A stretch of DNA of 64,000 bases, from contig CAYREX010000003.1 in the NCBI GenBank assembly GCA_964423505.1, positions 152,207 to 216,206 of the forward strand, in the 5' to 3' direction. Position 1 is the first letter of the stretch; each line of letters begins with the position of its first letter. The notes below the pieces were generated by a model. The model made no database searches, was not told the origin of the DNA, and worked only from the letters and a program-made list of their open reading frames with translations. A program made the translations under genes and the position numbers. Below are positions 46,132 to 55,929 of this stretch, one piece after another. Source of the DNA: an uncultured bacterium (GTDB lineage: Bacteria; Fermentibacterota; Fermentibacteria; Fermentibacterales; JCC-6).

Positions 46132-47876
46132 TCGACATCGAGCAGAGACGCAAGGTCCAGGAACTGATTCAGAAGGGGCGCTACGACAGCGCCGAGAAGG
46201 TCCTGAACCACATGATGAACCAGGACCCGGACGAGCCCTCAACCCACAACACGCTCGGCGACGTCCTGGCGAAGCTGGGCGAGCAGGAGAGGGCCCTCGA
46301 GCACTTCGGCACCGCCGCGGAGCTCTACTGCGATAACGGCCTGCACTCCGCCGCCCTCTCGGTGGCCAGGAAGGCCCTCCGGATGGACGAGGGCTTCACC
46401 AAGGCGCACTACATCAAGGCGCGCAGCTTCGACATGCAGGACAAGCCGGAGAAGGCGAGGGGCGAGTACCTCGAGTACCTCCGCTCGAAGCCGCCGGTCC
46501 GGGACCGGGCCGTGCTCCGCTCCTGCGAGGCGATGACCAGACTGGACCCGGAGAACGACAAATGGGTGCTCAGGCTCGCCAAGCTGGCCGCAGGCAGAGA
46601 TGACGATACCGCCCTGGCCAGAGCCGTGGAGCTTGCCGATGAGAGGGGCCTGAAGCAGCACGGCAGGCTGAGGCGCGCCCTGGAGAAGCTCAGGAAGAAG
46701 CTGGGCAACAGCGAGGAGCCGGCCTCCACCGTCTCGCAGGTAGACTTCGAGGAGTCCGACTTCGTCGAGGCGCAGGAGGAGCCGGAGGAGACCGGCGAGC
46801 TCGCCGGCCCCGGCAGGAAGCGCATTGGGGAGTACTTCGTCGCGGAGGGGCTCCTGGAGGCCTCGGACGTGCTGAGGGCCCTGGAGATACAGGGCGGGAA
46901 CGACGAGCCCAGGAAGCTCGGCGACATCCTGGTCGACCTCGGGCTGGTCTCCTCCCGGCAGGTCAGGGAGGCACTGGGCAGGCAGATTGAGGACATGAGG
47001 CAGGAGCTGGAGCGCTCCAAGGGTGACGGACTGGGCTACGTCGAGCTGGGGAACCTCCTCCTCGAGGTGGGCGACTTCTACGGAGCGGTCGACGCCTACC
47101 TGAACGCCTGCACCATATACAGGGCGAATCGGCGGGAGAGCATGGTCTTCGAGCTTCTCGAGGGAGTGCTCGACATCTGCCCCGAGTCCCTCAGCGCGGC
47201 AAAGGAGCTGGTCCGGATAAGGGAGGCTATGGACGTGGAGGGGCAGGCGAGGTCCTTCTACCGACTGGCGGTGGCCTACCTGCTGAACGACAGCCCCCAC
47301 GAGGCGCTGGCCTCGCTGGAGGCGTCCGCGGCCATAGACCCGCACTTCCAGATGACCCGGACGCTCATGAACGGGATACGGCCCAGCCTCGCCGACTCCG
47401 AGGACTACGCCGACATAGCCCTCATCCTGGCAGACATAGACGAGAAGTTCGACCGGGAGTCGGCCCACTCCCTCGCCGGGATCATCCGCGACTTCCAGGA
47501 CGGCATCGAGCAGGCGGTCTCCCAGGACGACTACAACACACACTACGACCTCGGCATAGCCTACATGGAGATGGGTCTCAACCGCGAGGCCCTGAAGGAG
47601 TTCGAGCAGGTCCTCGGCAGCCCCGAGCACCGCCGCAAGGCCCGGGAGATGCTCGGCAGGTGCTGCCTCAGGCTGGAGCGCTACGACGAGGCCGAGGACC
47701 ATTTCCGCAAAGGCCTCTCCCTCTCCGCCTCCGAGCCGGAGGTAGCCGTCGGCTTCCACCTGGCCCTCTCCGGGGTCTACAGGGCCACCGGACGAGAGAC
47801 CAACGCCGCAAGGGAGCTGGACGCCGCCTCCAGGCTGGACCCGGACATAGTCAGGATGCGGGACAGGCTGGAATAG
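46128..47876 (+). CDS. TPR-repeat protein with central MshEN-like (T2SSE_N) c-di-GMP-binding module
   Basis: TPR-like helices on both sides. The stretch at 46821-46985 encodes RIGEYFVAEGLLEASDVLRALEIQ-GGNDEP-RKLGDILVDLGLVSSRQVREALGRQ. Confidence 0.65.
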   Translation: MIDIEQRRKVQELIQKGRYDSAEKVLNHMMNQDPDEPSTHNTLGDVLAKLGEQERALEHFGTAAELYCDNGLHSAALSVARKALRMDEGFTKAHYIKARSFDMQDKPEKARGEYLEYLRSKPPVRDRAVLRSCEAMTRLDPENDKWVLRLAKLAAGRDDDTALARAVELADERGLKQHGRLRRALEKLRKKLGNSEEPASTVSQVDFEESDFVEAQEEPEETGELAGPGRKRIGEYFVAEGLLEASDVLRALEIQGGNDEPRKLGDILVDLGLVSSRQVREALGRQIEDMRQELERSKGDGLGYVELGNLLLEVGDFYGAVDAYLNACTIYRANRRESMVFELLEGVLDICPESLSAAKELVRIREAMDVEGQARSFYRLAVAYLLNDSPHEALASLEASAAIDPHFQMTRTLMNGIRPSLADSEDYADIALILADIDEKFDRESAHSLAGIIRDFQDGIEQAVSQDDYNTHYDLGIAYMEMGLNREALKEFEQVLGSPEHRRKAREMLGRCCLRLERYDEAEDHFRKGLSLSASEPEVAVGFHLALSGVYRATGRETNAARELDAASRLDPDIVRMRDRLE

Positions 47877-47882
47877 GGACCC

Positions 47883-49103
47883 TTGGTCCCTCTGCAGCAC
47901 GTCCGCAGGGGAGGGCCCGCCTGGGCCGCCGGGCTCCGGGCGGGCGACCGCCTGCTCGCATGCTCCGGACGGGAGCCGCAGGACTGGCTCGATATCATCC
48001 GTCTCTGCACCGGCCCCTCCACGGAGCTGGTCTACCGCCGCGGTCCGCTCGAGCGCAGGGTCCTCCTTCGGAGAAGGCCGGGGGCCGACTGGGGCATGAC
48101 CCCGGCCGGCATGGAGCCGGACCGCTGCAGGCGGCGCTGCGTCTTCTGCTTCGTAGCGCAGAACCCGCCGGGTGTCAGACCCTCCCTCCGGGTCAGGGAC
48201 GACGACGTCAGGCACTCCTTCCTCCACGGGACCTACGTGACCCTGGACGATGCCATGGTCCGGGAGGCCGTCAGGCGCTCCCTCTCGCCGCTTCACGTCT
48301 CCGTGCACGCCACGGACCCGGAGGTCAGGGGGAGGCTCCTGGGCTCCGCCGGCCCGGCCCCGGTGCTGGGGCACCTCGATGAGCTGGGTCGGGAGGGTAT
48401 CCGCCTCTCGGCGCAGGTTGTTCTTGTCCCCGGGTGGAACGACGGCGTGGTGCTCCGCCGCACCCTGCTGGACCTGCTGGAGCTGCCTCGGGTAACGGAG
48501 GTCGGGGTCGTGCCGGTCGGCCTCACGGAGCACCGTCAGGGGCTCACGGAGCTCCGGAGGCCGACCGCTCCCGAGGCTGCCGCGGCCCTGGAGACGGTGA
48601 GGGTGACAGCCGAAGCCGCCCGCGGGAGAAGGGGGGTGCCCTGGGTGTACCCGGCGGACGAGCTGCTCAGCATCGCCGGTGCCGGGATCCCTCCGGCGGA
48701 GGCCTACGAGGGATGCACCATGGAGGCGGACGGCATAGGCCTGCTCTCCGCTCTCTCCGTCTACGGGCACCTGACCTGCCGCCGAAGCGGGGCCCTCTGC
48801 ACCGGCGGCATCGCGGCCCCCCACCTCCGCAGGCTCCTCCGGGGCAGCGGGGTGAGGGTCCTGACGGTGCGGAACACCTTCTTCGGGCCGGAGGTCGGTG
48901 TCGCCGGCTTGATGAGCGGCCTTGATGTGGTTAGAACAGTCCGTGACCTGGGGGATGGCGAGAGGGTTCTCCTCCCCTCCGTGATGCTGGACCCTGAGGG
49001 GAGGACGCTGGACGGGCTGACGGTGCTCGACATGGAACGACTTGCAGGATGCGGGATAGATGTCCTGAGCGGTCCCGCGGAGCTTTTCGAGGAGTGCGGA
49101 TGA
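47883..49103 (+). CDS. DUF512 family protein (PDZ plus radical-SAM-like)
   Basis: PDZ-like GGPAWAAGLRAGDRLL, CRRRCVFCFVAQ and VRDDDVRHSFLHGTYVTL. TTG start. Confidence 0.7.
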   Translation: MVPLQHVRRGGPAWAAGLRAGDRLLACSGREPQDWLDIIRLCTGPSTELVYRRGPLERRVLLRRRPGADWGMTPAGMEPDRCRRRCVFCFVAQNPPGVRPSLRVRDDDVRHSFLHGTYVTLDDAMVREAVRRSLSPLHVSVHATDPEVRGRLLGSAGPAPVLGHLDELGREGIRLSAQVVLVPGWNDGVVLRRTLLDLLELPRVTEVGVVPVGLTEHRQGLTELRRPTAPEAAAALETVRVTAEAARGRRGVPWVYPADELLSIAGAGIPPAEAYEGCTMEADGIGLLSALSVYGHLTCRRSGALCTGGIAAPHLRRLLRGSGVRVLTVRNTFFGPEVGVAGLMSGLDVVRTVRDLGDGERVLLPSVMLDPEGRTLDGLTVLDMERLAGCGIDVLSGPAELFEECG

Positions 49104-49927
49104 GCATCTCTCTACCAATCCTCGTGGTCATCCTCCTGGTACTCCTGCTTCTCCTGGAGAGGGAGAGGAGGAGGCGGTCGGAGTTGCGCCGGAGGATAGC
49201 CGGGCTGGAGGAGGACCTCGAGGCCCTGAGCAGCGAGCGCAAGGAGGCGGACAGCCTGAAGTCCGACATCCTCGCCCGGATAGGCGCGTCGCTCCGGAAG
49301 CCGCTGGAGTCCGTGAGGCGCACTGCCATGGAGCTGACCAGGCCGTTCGACCGCTCCCCGGAGGCGAGGGTGCAGCTTGACAGGCTGGTCCGCGGGATAG
49401 AGGAGATAGAGGACTTCCTGGAGGTCATCAGGCAGATAGCCTTCCTCGGCAGGATGGACCTCTCCGGAGGCTCCCCCTTCCTCACGGGGGAGGAGTCCTC
49501 GGAGATAGTCCTGGACGACCTGCTCCTCGAGATTCTGGACGACTGGGAGGACCGCCTGGCCGAGAGGGGCGTCTCGCTGGCGGTCTCCCTTGCCGAGGAC
49601 GTCACCGTCAGGGGGAGTCTCAAGTACCTGAGGCAGGCGGTCGGCAACGTCCTCTCCGAGGTGGCGAGCGTCGCCCCGGAGGGAGGGATGGTCAGCGTCC
49701 TGCTGGGGACCGGCGACGGCAGGGCGAGGATGGTCATGGAGTGCCGTGGCAGCTCCGGCGAGGGTCGGGAGGGCTCCGCCCTGGGCGTGGAGCTGGCCAG
49801 GCAGATAGTCAGCGCCCACCAGGGCTGGCTCACGGGAGACCCGGTCAAGGGCCGGTACGTCATGGAGCTGGGGCTTGCCGGCGATGACGGGAACGGGTAC
49901 GGGGGAGGTGAGACCGCGACCCGATGA
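49100..49927 (+). CDS. membrane-anchored histidine-kinase-like protein lacking the phospho-acceptor His
   Basis: N-terminal TM, coiled coil, DHp-like ILARIGASLRKPLESV (Ala where the His of SHELRTPL would sit), N-box-like GNVLSEV, and degenerate G boxes (ECRGSS, GSALGVELAR). ATGA overlaps on both sides. Confidence 0.6.
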   Translation: MSISLPILVVILLVLLLLLERERRRRSELRRRIAGLEEDLEALSSERKEADSLKSDILARIGASLRKPLESVRRTAMELTRPFDRSPEARVQLDRLVRGIEEIEDFLEVIRQIAFLGRMDLSGGSPFLTGEESSEIVLDDLLLEILDDWEDRLAERGVSLAVSLAEDVTVRGSLKYLRQAVGNVLSEVASVAPEGGMVSVLLGTGDGRARMVMECRGSSGEGREGSALGVELARQIVSAHQGWLTGDPVKGRYVMELGLAGDDGNGYGGGETATR

Positions 49928-51288
49928 GGGAGGTATTCAGGAAGTACGACGTCAGGGGGCTCTGCCCGGGACAGCTCGACGGTGGGCTCGCTCTCCGGCT
50001 CGGCGCCGCCCTGGCCGCCCGCGCCGGCGGTCCGGTCGCCGTGGGCAGGGACTGCAGGCCCACCGGAGGCATGCTCGTGGAGGCGCTGGCCGAGGGTGTG
50101 ACCTCCTCCGGCCTGGACGTGATCGACCTGGGGGTGCAGACCACCCCGATGACCTACTTCGCCGCCCATACGCTCGGTCCGGCGGCCACGGTGATGGTGA
50201 CCGGGAGCCACAATCCACCGGAGTACAACGGGTTCAAGATAATGCTCGGCCTGGACACGCTCCACGGAGAGGAGCTGCAGGGCCTTGCCGACGATGTCCT
50301 CGGCCGGGAGCCCGGCAGGTCGGGAGGCGAAGGCACGGTGACCCCGGCAAGCGTGGAGCAGGATTACGTCGCGAGGCTGCTGGACGAGTTCTCCCCGGCC
50401 CGCTCCCTGACCGTGGTTGTGGACGGCGGGCACGGCACCGGAGGGCCGGTGGCCTGCAGGGTCCTCTCCGCGCTCGGATGCAGGGTGCAACCGCTCTACT
50501 GCACCATGGACGGGACCTTCCCCGCCCACCATCCGGACCCGACCGTGGACGGGAACCTGGAGGAGCTCAGGTCTGCAGTCGTGCGGAACGGCGCGGACCT
50601 GGGCATAGCCTTCGACGGCGACGCGGACAGGCTTGGCGTGGTGGACGAGGGCGGCGGCATACTCAGGGGGGACAGGCTGCTCATAGTCCTGGCCAGGGAG
50701 CTCCTCCGCGCCAGCCCCGGAGCTACCGTCATCTCCGAGGTCAAGGCCTCCAGGCTTCTCTTCGAGGCCGTGGAGGAGGCCGGGGGCAGAGCGGTGATGT
50801 GTCCCACCGGCCACTCGATAATCAAGGAGGCGATGCGGAGGGAGAACGCCCTGCTCGCCGGCGAGATGAGCGGACACGTGTTCTACCGGGACAGGTACTA
50901 CGGCTTCGACGACGCCCTCTACGCGGCGCTCAGGCTGGTCGAGGCGGTGGCCTCCTCGCCGGTCCCGCTCTCCGGGATGCTGTCGGACCTCCCGGAGCCC
51001 TTCTGCACGCCGGAGATACGGGAGGACTGCCCTGACCGGGTCAAGTTCCGGGTGGTGGAGAGGGTGCGGGAGAGGCTCTCCGGCATGGGCCTCCCGGTGG
51101 ACGCCACCGACGGTGCGAGGTTCGAGATGGACGACGGCTGGGGCCTGGTGAGGGCCTCCAACACGCAGCCGGTCCTGGTGCTGCGGTTCGAGGCCGCCAC
51201 CTCGGAGACACTGTCGAGGTGCGAGAGCCTCGTGCGCGAGCTCATACAGGAAGCCAGGAGGGAGTCGGATGCCCAGGGAAGCGATTGA
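49924..51288 (+). CDS. phosphomannomutase/phosphoglucomutase
   Basis: TGSHNPPEYNGFK, GIAFDGDADRLGVVDE, GEMSGHVF and SNTQPVLVLRFEA. Confidence 0.9.
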   Translation: MREVFRKYDVRGLCPGQLDGGLALRLGAALAARAGGPVAVGRDCRPTGGMLVEALAEGVTSSGLDVIDLGVQTTPMTYFAAHTLGPAATVMVTGSHNPPEYNGFKIMLGLDTLHGEELQGLADDVLGREPGRSGGEGTVTPASVEQDYVARLLDEFSPARSLTVVVDGGHGTGGPVACRVLSALGCRVQPLYCTMDGTFPAHHPDPTVDGNLEELRSAVVRNGADLGIAFDGDADRLGVVDEGGGILRGDRLLIVLARELLRASPGATVISEVKASRLLFEAVEEAGGRAVMCPTGHSIIKEAMRRENALLAGEMSGHVFYRDRYYGFDDALYAALRLVEAVASSPVPLSGMLSDLPEPFCTPEIREDCPDRVKFRVVERVRERLSGMGLPVDATDGARFEMDDGWGLVRASNTQPVLVLRFEAATSETLSRCESLVRELIQEARRESDAQGSD

Positions 51289-52261
51289 GAAGCTGGAGAG
51301 GGAGATGGCCGAGGTATCGCCCGGGCTCTCAGGCCTTCGGGAGGCCTTCTCGAGGGTGGTAGTCGGCCAGGAGGAGCTTAGGGACGGCCTGGTAACGGCG
51401 CTGCTCTGCGACGGCCACGTGCTCATCGAGGGGGTGCCGGGGCTGGCGAAGACGCTTGCGGCCAGGACGCTGTCGAGGTGTCTGGAGGCCTCCTTCTCCA
51501 GGATCCAGTTCACGCCGGACCTTCTGCCTACGGACCTGACTGGCACGATGATATTCAGGCCGGAGAAGGGCACCTTCACGGCGAGGAAGGGACCCGTGTT
51601 CGCCCAGTTCGTGCTGGCGGACGAGATAAACAGGGCTCCGGCCAAGGTGCAGAGCGCCCTGCTGGAGGCGATGCAGGAGCGCCAGGTCACCTTCGGCGGC
51701 AGCACCCATGCCCTTCCGAGGCCGTTCTTCGTCATGGCCACCCAGAACCCGATAGAGCAGGAGGGCACCTACCCGCTGCCGGAGGCCCAGGTGGACCGCT
51801 TCCTCCTGAAGCTGAAGGTGGACTACCCGACCCAGGCCGAGGAGATGGAGATACTCGAGCGGCTGGGCGGCAAGCCGGTGCCCGAGGTGGCCCCGGTGAT
51901 GGACACCCGGCTCCTCGTCTCCCTGCAGGGAATGGCCTCCAGGGTGGCGGCCGAGGAGAGCGTCGTCTCCTACATGGTCAGGCTGGTGGCGGCCACCCGC
52001 AACCCCAGGCAGGCCGGCATGGCCGACCTGGAGGACCTGATAGCCTACGGGGCCAGCCCGAGGGCCTCCCTCGGCCTGCTTGCGGCCTCCAGGGCGAGGG
52101 CGATGCTCTCAGGCGACGCCTTCGTCACGCCCTCCGTGGTGAAGGAGGTCGCCCCCGACGTCCTCAGACACAGGATAATCCTCTCCTTCGAGGCGGAGGC
52201 GGAGGAGGTCGGGATAGGCGAGGTGATAGACCGCATCCTCTCCCGCGTGCCGGTGAAGTAG
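51269..52261 (+). CDS. MoxR-like AAA+ ATPase
   Basis: GHVLIEGVPGLAKT, RIQFTPDLLPTDLTGT, LADEINRAPAKVQSALLEAMQE and MATQNPIEQEGTYPLPEAQVDRF. Confidence 0.9.
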   Translation: MPREAIEKLEREMAEVSPGLSGLREAFSRVVVGQEELRDGLVTALLCDGHVLIEGVPGLAKTLAARTLSRCLEASFSRIQFTPDLLPTDLTGTMIFRPEKGTFTARKGPVFAQFVLADEINRAPAKVQSALLEAMQERQVTFGGSTHALPRPFFVMATQNPIEQEGTYPLPEAQVDRFLLKLKVDYPTQAEEMEILERLGGKPVPEVAPVMDTRLLVSLQGMASRVAAEESVVSYMVRLVAATRNPRQAGMADLEDLIAYGASPRASLGLLAASRARAMLSGDAFVTPSVVKEVAPDVLRHRIILSFEAEAEEVGIGEVIDRILSRVPVK

Positions 52262-52266
52262 GCGCC

Positions 52267-53163
52267 ATGGACCTCGACCGGGGAAGCGTCCACAGCCTGT
52301 TCAGGCGCGTCCGGAGGATAGAGCTGCACACACGCCGCCTGGTGGAGCAGCTCGTCGGTGGCGACTACCGCTCGGTCTTCAGGGGGCGGGGCATGGAGTT
52401 CGCCGACCTCCGGCCCTACGTCGAGGGGGACGACCCGAGGCTCATCGACTGGAACGTCTACGCCAGGACCCGGACGCCGTTCGTGAAGGTGCTCACCGAG
52501 GAGAGGGAGATGCAGGTCTTCCTGCTGGTGGACCTCTCCGGCAGCCTGCGCTTCGGCTCGGTCAGCCTGACAAAGGCGGAGAGGGTGGCGGAGACCGCCG
52601 CGGTCATCGCCCTCTCGGCGGCGGCCAGCAACGACAGGGTCGGCATGGTCACATTCGCCGGCGAGGTGCGGGACTACATACCGCCGGACAAGGGCCGCAA
52701 GCACGCCCTCACCCTGGTCAGGAGGATACTGGAGCTGCCAGGCCGGGAGTCCCACGCCGACCTTGACTCCGCCCTTGCCCTCATGGGCCGGGTGCTGAGC
52801 CGCAGGGCGCTGGTCTTCATCATCAGCGACTTCCGCTTCCCCTCCGGCAGCAGGCTGCTGGCCCCCTCCATGAGGAGGCATGACATCGTGGGCATCCACG
52901 TCTTCGACCCGAGGGAGCTCCACGTCCCCGACCTGGGACGCATCAGGTTCAGGGACCCGGAGAGCGGCGTCACCCGGACGGTAGACACCGGTTCCGGGGC
53001 CTGGAGGAAGGCCTTCGCCGAGGAGACCAGGAGGAGGAAGGCGCAGAGGGAGGAGCTCTGCAGGCGGCACAGCCTGGACCTGGTGAGCATCTCCACCGCC
53101 GACGACCTGGTGCTCCCCCTCCGCAGGTTCTTCGAGATGAGGAAGCGGAGGCGCCGGCGCTGA
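52267..53163 (+). CDS. DUF58 (vWA-like) protein
   Basis: GRGMEFADLRPYVEGDDPRLIDWNVYART and VFLLVDLSGSL. The upstream part of ORF 51478..53163 is a shadow of the moxR-like gene. Confidence 0.85.
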   Translation: MDLDRGSVHSLFRRVRRIELHTRRLVEQLVGGDYRSVFRGRGMEFADLRPYVEGDDPRLIDWNVYARTRTPFVKVLTEEREMQVFLLVDLSGSLRFGSVSLTKAERVAETAAVIALSAAASNDRVGMVTFAGEVRDYIPPDKGRKHALTLVRRILELPGRESHADLDSALALMGRVLSRRALVFIISDFRFPSGSRLLAPSMRRHDIVGIHVFDPRELHVPDLGRIRFRDPESGVTRTVDTGSGAWRKAFAEETRRRKAQREELCRRHSLDLVSISTADDLVLPLRRFFEMRKRRRRR

Positions 53164-54011
53164 TGCCGCCGCTCCTCCCCCTGCTGCTGGCGCTCCAGGC
53201 CCAGGCAACCCTGGGGGAGCCGGTGACGGTGGACTACCCGGTCCCCGAGGGGTGGTCGGTCGACTCCCTCGGCCCCGCCGAGGACCTCTCCGTCATCGGT
53301 CGGGAGGGGGGAGCGGTTACGCTGGTCCCGCTGGCGATGGACACCCTCGAGCTGCCGGTAATGACGGTGAGCGCGGACACCTCGGTCATGGAGCTGCAGC
53401 CGCCGCCGCTGGTGGTGGCCAGGACCATGCCGGACACCTCATGGACCGTGCCGCAGCTCCCGGCTCCCCTGGCCAGCCGCATCCCGCCCGGCCTGCCAGG
53501 GGACTACGTGGAGCGGCACGTCTTCTGGGCCGACTGGCGTCCCGCTCCGGGGCGTCACTGGCTCCCCTATCTGGTCGGGGTCCTCCTCGTCGCCGGCCTG
53601 CTTCTGTTCGTCTACGCGAGGGTCTCCAGGCGCAGGAGGTCCGGAGCCACCACGTCGGAGGCACCGGCTGCGCGCGCCGCCGCCGGCTGGGAGGAGAGGG
53701 CGGAGGCGCTCCTCGATTCGGCGGCTTTCGCAGACGGTGACTGGGAGGAGCTCTACCGGCAGGTGGACCTCCTGCTCCGCGCAATGGTAACCGCGAGGTT
53801 CGGGCTGGACACCCGCTCGCTTACCTGGAGGCAGCTGGACACCGCTCTCACCCTCTCCGGCAAGGAGGGGGCCCGGTTCTCCCGCGAGACCGGGGAGCTG
53901 CAGCGGGAGGTGCTGCTGCAGAGGTACGCCGGATGGGGCGGCTCCAGGGAGAGGGCCAGGCGCTTCGTGGGCCGGCTCGCCCGCATCGGGAGGGAGTGGC
54001 AGCCGCGATGA
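53163..54011 (+). CDS. membrane protein in the DUF4381 position of the Bat cluster
   Basis: A single central TM (YLVGVLLVAGLLLFVYA). The family call rests on its position between the DUF58 gene and batA only. Confidence 0.45.
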   Translation: MPPLLPLLLALQAQATLGEPVTVDYPVPEGWSVDSLGPAEDLSVIGREGGAVTLVPLAMDTLELPVMTVSADTSVMELQPPPLVVARTMPDTSWTVPQLPAPLASRIPPGLPGDYVERHVFWADWRPAPGRHWLPYLVGVLLVAGLLLFVYARVSRRRRSGATTSEAPAARAAAGWEERAEALLDSAAFADGDWEELYRQVDLLLRAMVTARFGLDTRSLTWRQLDTALTLSGKEGARFSRETGELQREVLLQRYAGWGGSRERARRFVGRLARIGREWQPR

Positions 54012-54943
54012 GGCTCCAGCTGCTCCCCGCGCTGGCCTACCTGCCCCTGCTGCTCCTCCTGCTCCACTTCTTCCGCAGGAGGGGGGCGCCGAGGGCCCAG
54101 ACCTTCACCGGCCCCTTCGACCTGCCGGGAGCCGCCGGTCCCGGGAGCGGCGCGGCGGACGTCCTCACGGTGCTCGGCCTGGTGCTCCTCTCCGTGGTCC
54201 TGGCCAGGCCCCAGCGCGGGTTCGAGAGGCTTCCCGAGCCGGGGGAGGGGGTGGACATCGTCATAACCCTGGACGTCTCCGGCAGCATGATGCAGGAGGA
54301 CTACCACCCCACCAGGCTGGAGGCGGCGAAGCGGGCGGCCATGACCTTCGTCAGGGGCAGGCCGAACGACCGCGTCGGCCTTGTCGTATACGCCGGCCTC
54401 CCCAGGACCGTCTGCCCGCCGACCCTTGACCACGAGACCCTCGGACGCTTCGTGAAGGCCAGCGACCTGGGCAGCCTGGAGGACGGGACTGCGATAGGTG
54501 CCGGGCTGGCGGTCGCCGCACGCGGCCTGGATTACTCCAGGACCGAGAGGCGGGTGATCGTCCTTATCTCCGACGGCGAGGACACGGCAAGGCAGATGGA
54601 CCCGGTGACCGTGGCCCAGGCCATCAGCACGCTCCACGGAGACAGCCTCAGGGTCTACACCATCGCCATAGGCACCCCCTCCAGCCAGGAGGGCTACGGC
54701 GTGGACAGGCAGACCCTCTCCGACATAGCCCGCATATGCGGGGGGAGCCTGTTCAGCGTCGAGTCGGAGGAGGAGCTGTCCGGGGTCTACGCGGCCATAG
54801 ACTCGCTGGAGGCCTCCACGCTCCCGGAGGAGGGGCTCTTCGTCTACCGCGACAGGTACCTCCCCTTCCTGGCCGCAGGGCTCCTGCTGGTGGCCCTCGG
54901 CGGCCTGCTGAAGTGGAGGCTCCTCAGGGTGGTGGGCGAGTGA
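54008..54943 (+). CDS. batA: vWA-domain membrane protein BatA
   Basis: N-terminal TM, MIDAS motif ITLDVSGSM, DRVGLVVYAG, a second vWA block and a C-terminal TM. ATGA overlap. Confidence 0.8.
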   Translation: MRLQLLPALAYLPLLLLLLHFFRRRGAPRAQTFTGPFDLPGAAGPGSGAADVLTVLGLVLLSVVLARPQRGFERLPEPGEGVDIVITLDVSGSMMQEDYHPTRLEAAKRAAMTFVRGRPNDRVGLVVYAGLPRTVCPPTLDHETLGRFVKASDLGSLEDGTAIGAGLAVAARGLDYSRTERRVIVLISDGEDTARQMDPVTVAQAISTLHGDSLRVYTIAIGTPSSQEGYGVDRQTLSDIARICGGSLFSVESEEELSGVYAAIDSLEASTLPEEGLFVYRDRYLPFLAAGLLLVALGGLLKWRLLRVVGE

Positions 54944-55929
54944 TGGGCTTCGAGAGGCCGCTCCTGCTCGTCCTGGTGGCCGCGGGGCCGCTCTACTGGT
55001 GGCTCAGGTCCAGGTGGCACGCCGGGGAGATGAAGAGGCTTCGGCTCTTCGTCAGGCCTGCGCTGTGGGAGAAGGTGGAGATAGAGCCGGCGCCGCCCAG
55101 AAGGCTCTCGAGGACGCTCTGGGCAGCGGGTCTCTCGCTTTCGGCGGTGGCCCTCGCGGGACCGACGTGGGGGAGCGAGGCGGCGGTACTGCAGGCCGGC
55201 GGCGGTCGGAACGTCGTGGTCGCCCTGGACGTCTCCGCCTCCATGGCCTCCAGGGACGAGGTCCCCTCGAGGCTGGGCAGGGCGGCGGCGGCCATAGGCG
55301 ATATGGCCGAGGGGCTCCCGGAAGTGCGCATGGGCCTCGTGCTCTTCGCCGGCAGCCCCAGGCTGGCGGTCCCGCTGACCATGGACAGGGAGTTCCTGAT
55401 GTCCCGGGTGCCCACGGAGCCGTCCGCCGCAGGCGACCTGACCCCGGGCACCCGGCTCGGGGACGTCGTCGACATGATGATAGCCGCCCTTCCGGGGAAG
55501 GAGCTGGAGTCCAACCTGGGTATCCTCATCTCCGACGGCGGCTTCCAGGACTACTCCGTCCAGAGCGCCGGCCGGCGGGCGTCCGACGCCGGTCTGAGGC
55601 TGCTGACGGTGGGCGTGGGAGGACCGATCGAGGTGCCGGTACCGGGCGGCAGCGGCGGCCCCCTGGTCTACCAGGGGGACACCGTAAGGACCGCGCTCGA
55701 GGAGGAGCCGCTCATCGCGCTGGCCGAGGCTACCGGCGGCTCCTACATGGACCTCTCGGCCTCCGCGGACCCGACCGCCTCCGTCGCCGCCTACCTCGAG
55801 CACCTGGCCAGGCGTGACGCCGAGGTCGTCACCGGCGGCTCCACCTCCGCCAGGCGCTACCAGTACTTCCTGGGTGCAGCCCTCCTGCTCATGACCGCCG
55901 CGCTGCTGCTGGAGAGGAGGGACGCATGA
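54943..55929 (+). CDS. batB: vWA-domain membrane protein BatB
   Basis: VVALDVSASM, MGLVLFAG and a C-terminal TM. Its ATG shares 1 nt with the upstream TGA. Confidence 0.75.
   Translation: MGFERPLLLVLVAAGPLYWWLRSRWHAGEMKRLRLFVRPALWEKVEIEPAPPRRLSRTLWAAGLSLSAVALAGPTWGSEAAVLQAGGGRNVVVALDVSASMASRDEVPSRLGRAAAAIGDMAEGLPEVRMGLVLFAGSPRLAVPLTMDREFLMSRVPTEPSAAGDLTPGTRLGDVVDMMIAALPGKELESNLGILISDGGFQDYSVQSAGRRASDAGLRLLTVGVGGPIEVPVPGGSGGPLVYQGDTVRTALEEEPLIALAEATGGSYMDLSASADPTASVAAYLEHLARRDAEVVTGGSTSARRYQYFLGAALLLMTAALLLERRDA

Noticed and set aside
46239-51768. Two long minus-strand ORFs (46239..49118, 959 aa; 48931..51768, 945 aa)
   Set aside because: Both are antisense to the TPR/MshEN, DUF512, kinase-like, PMM and MoxR genes, all of which have strong motif support. 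The minus-strand translations are compositionally biased (R, G, P, A, E) and carry no family signature.
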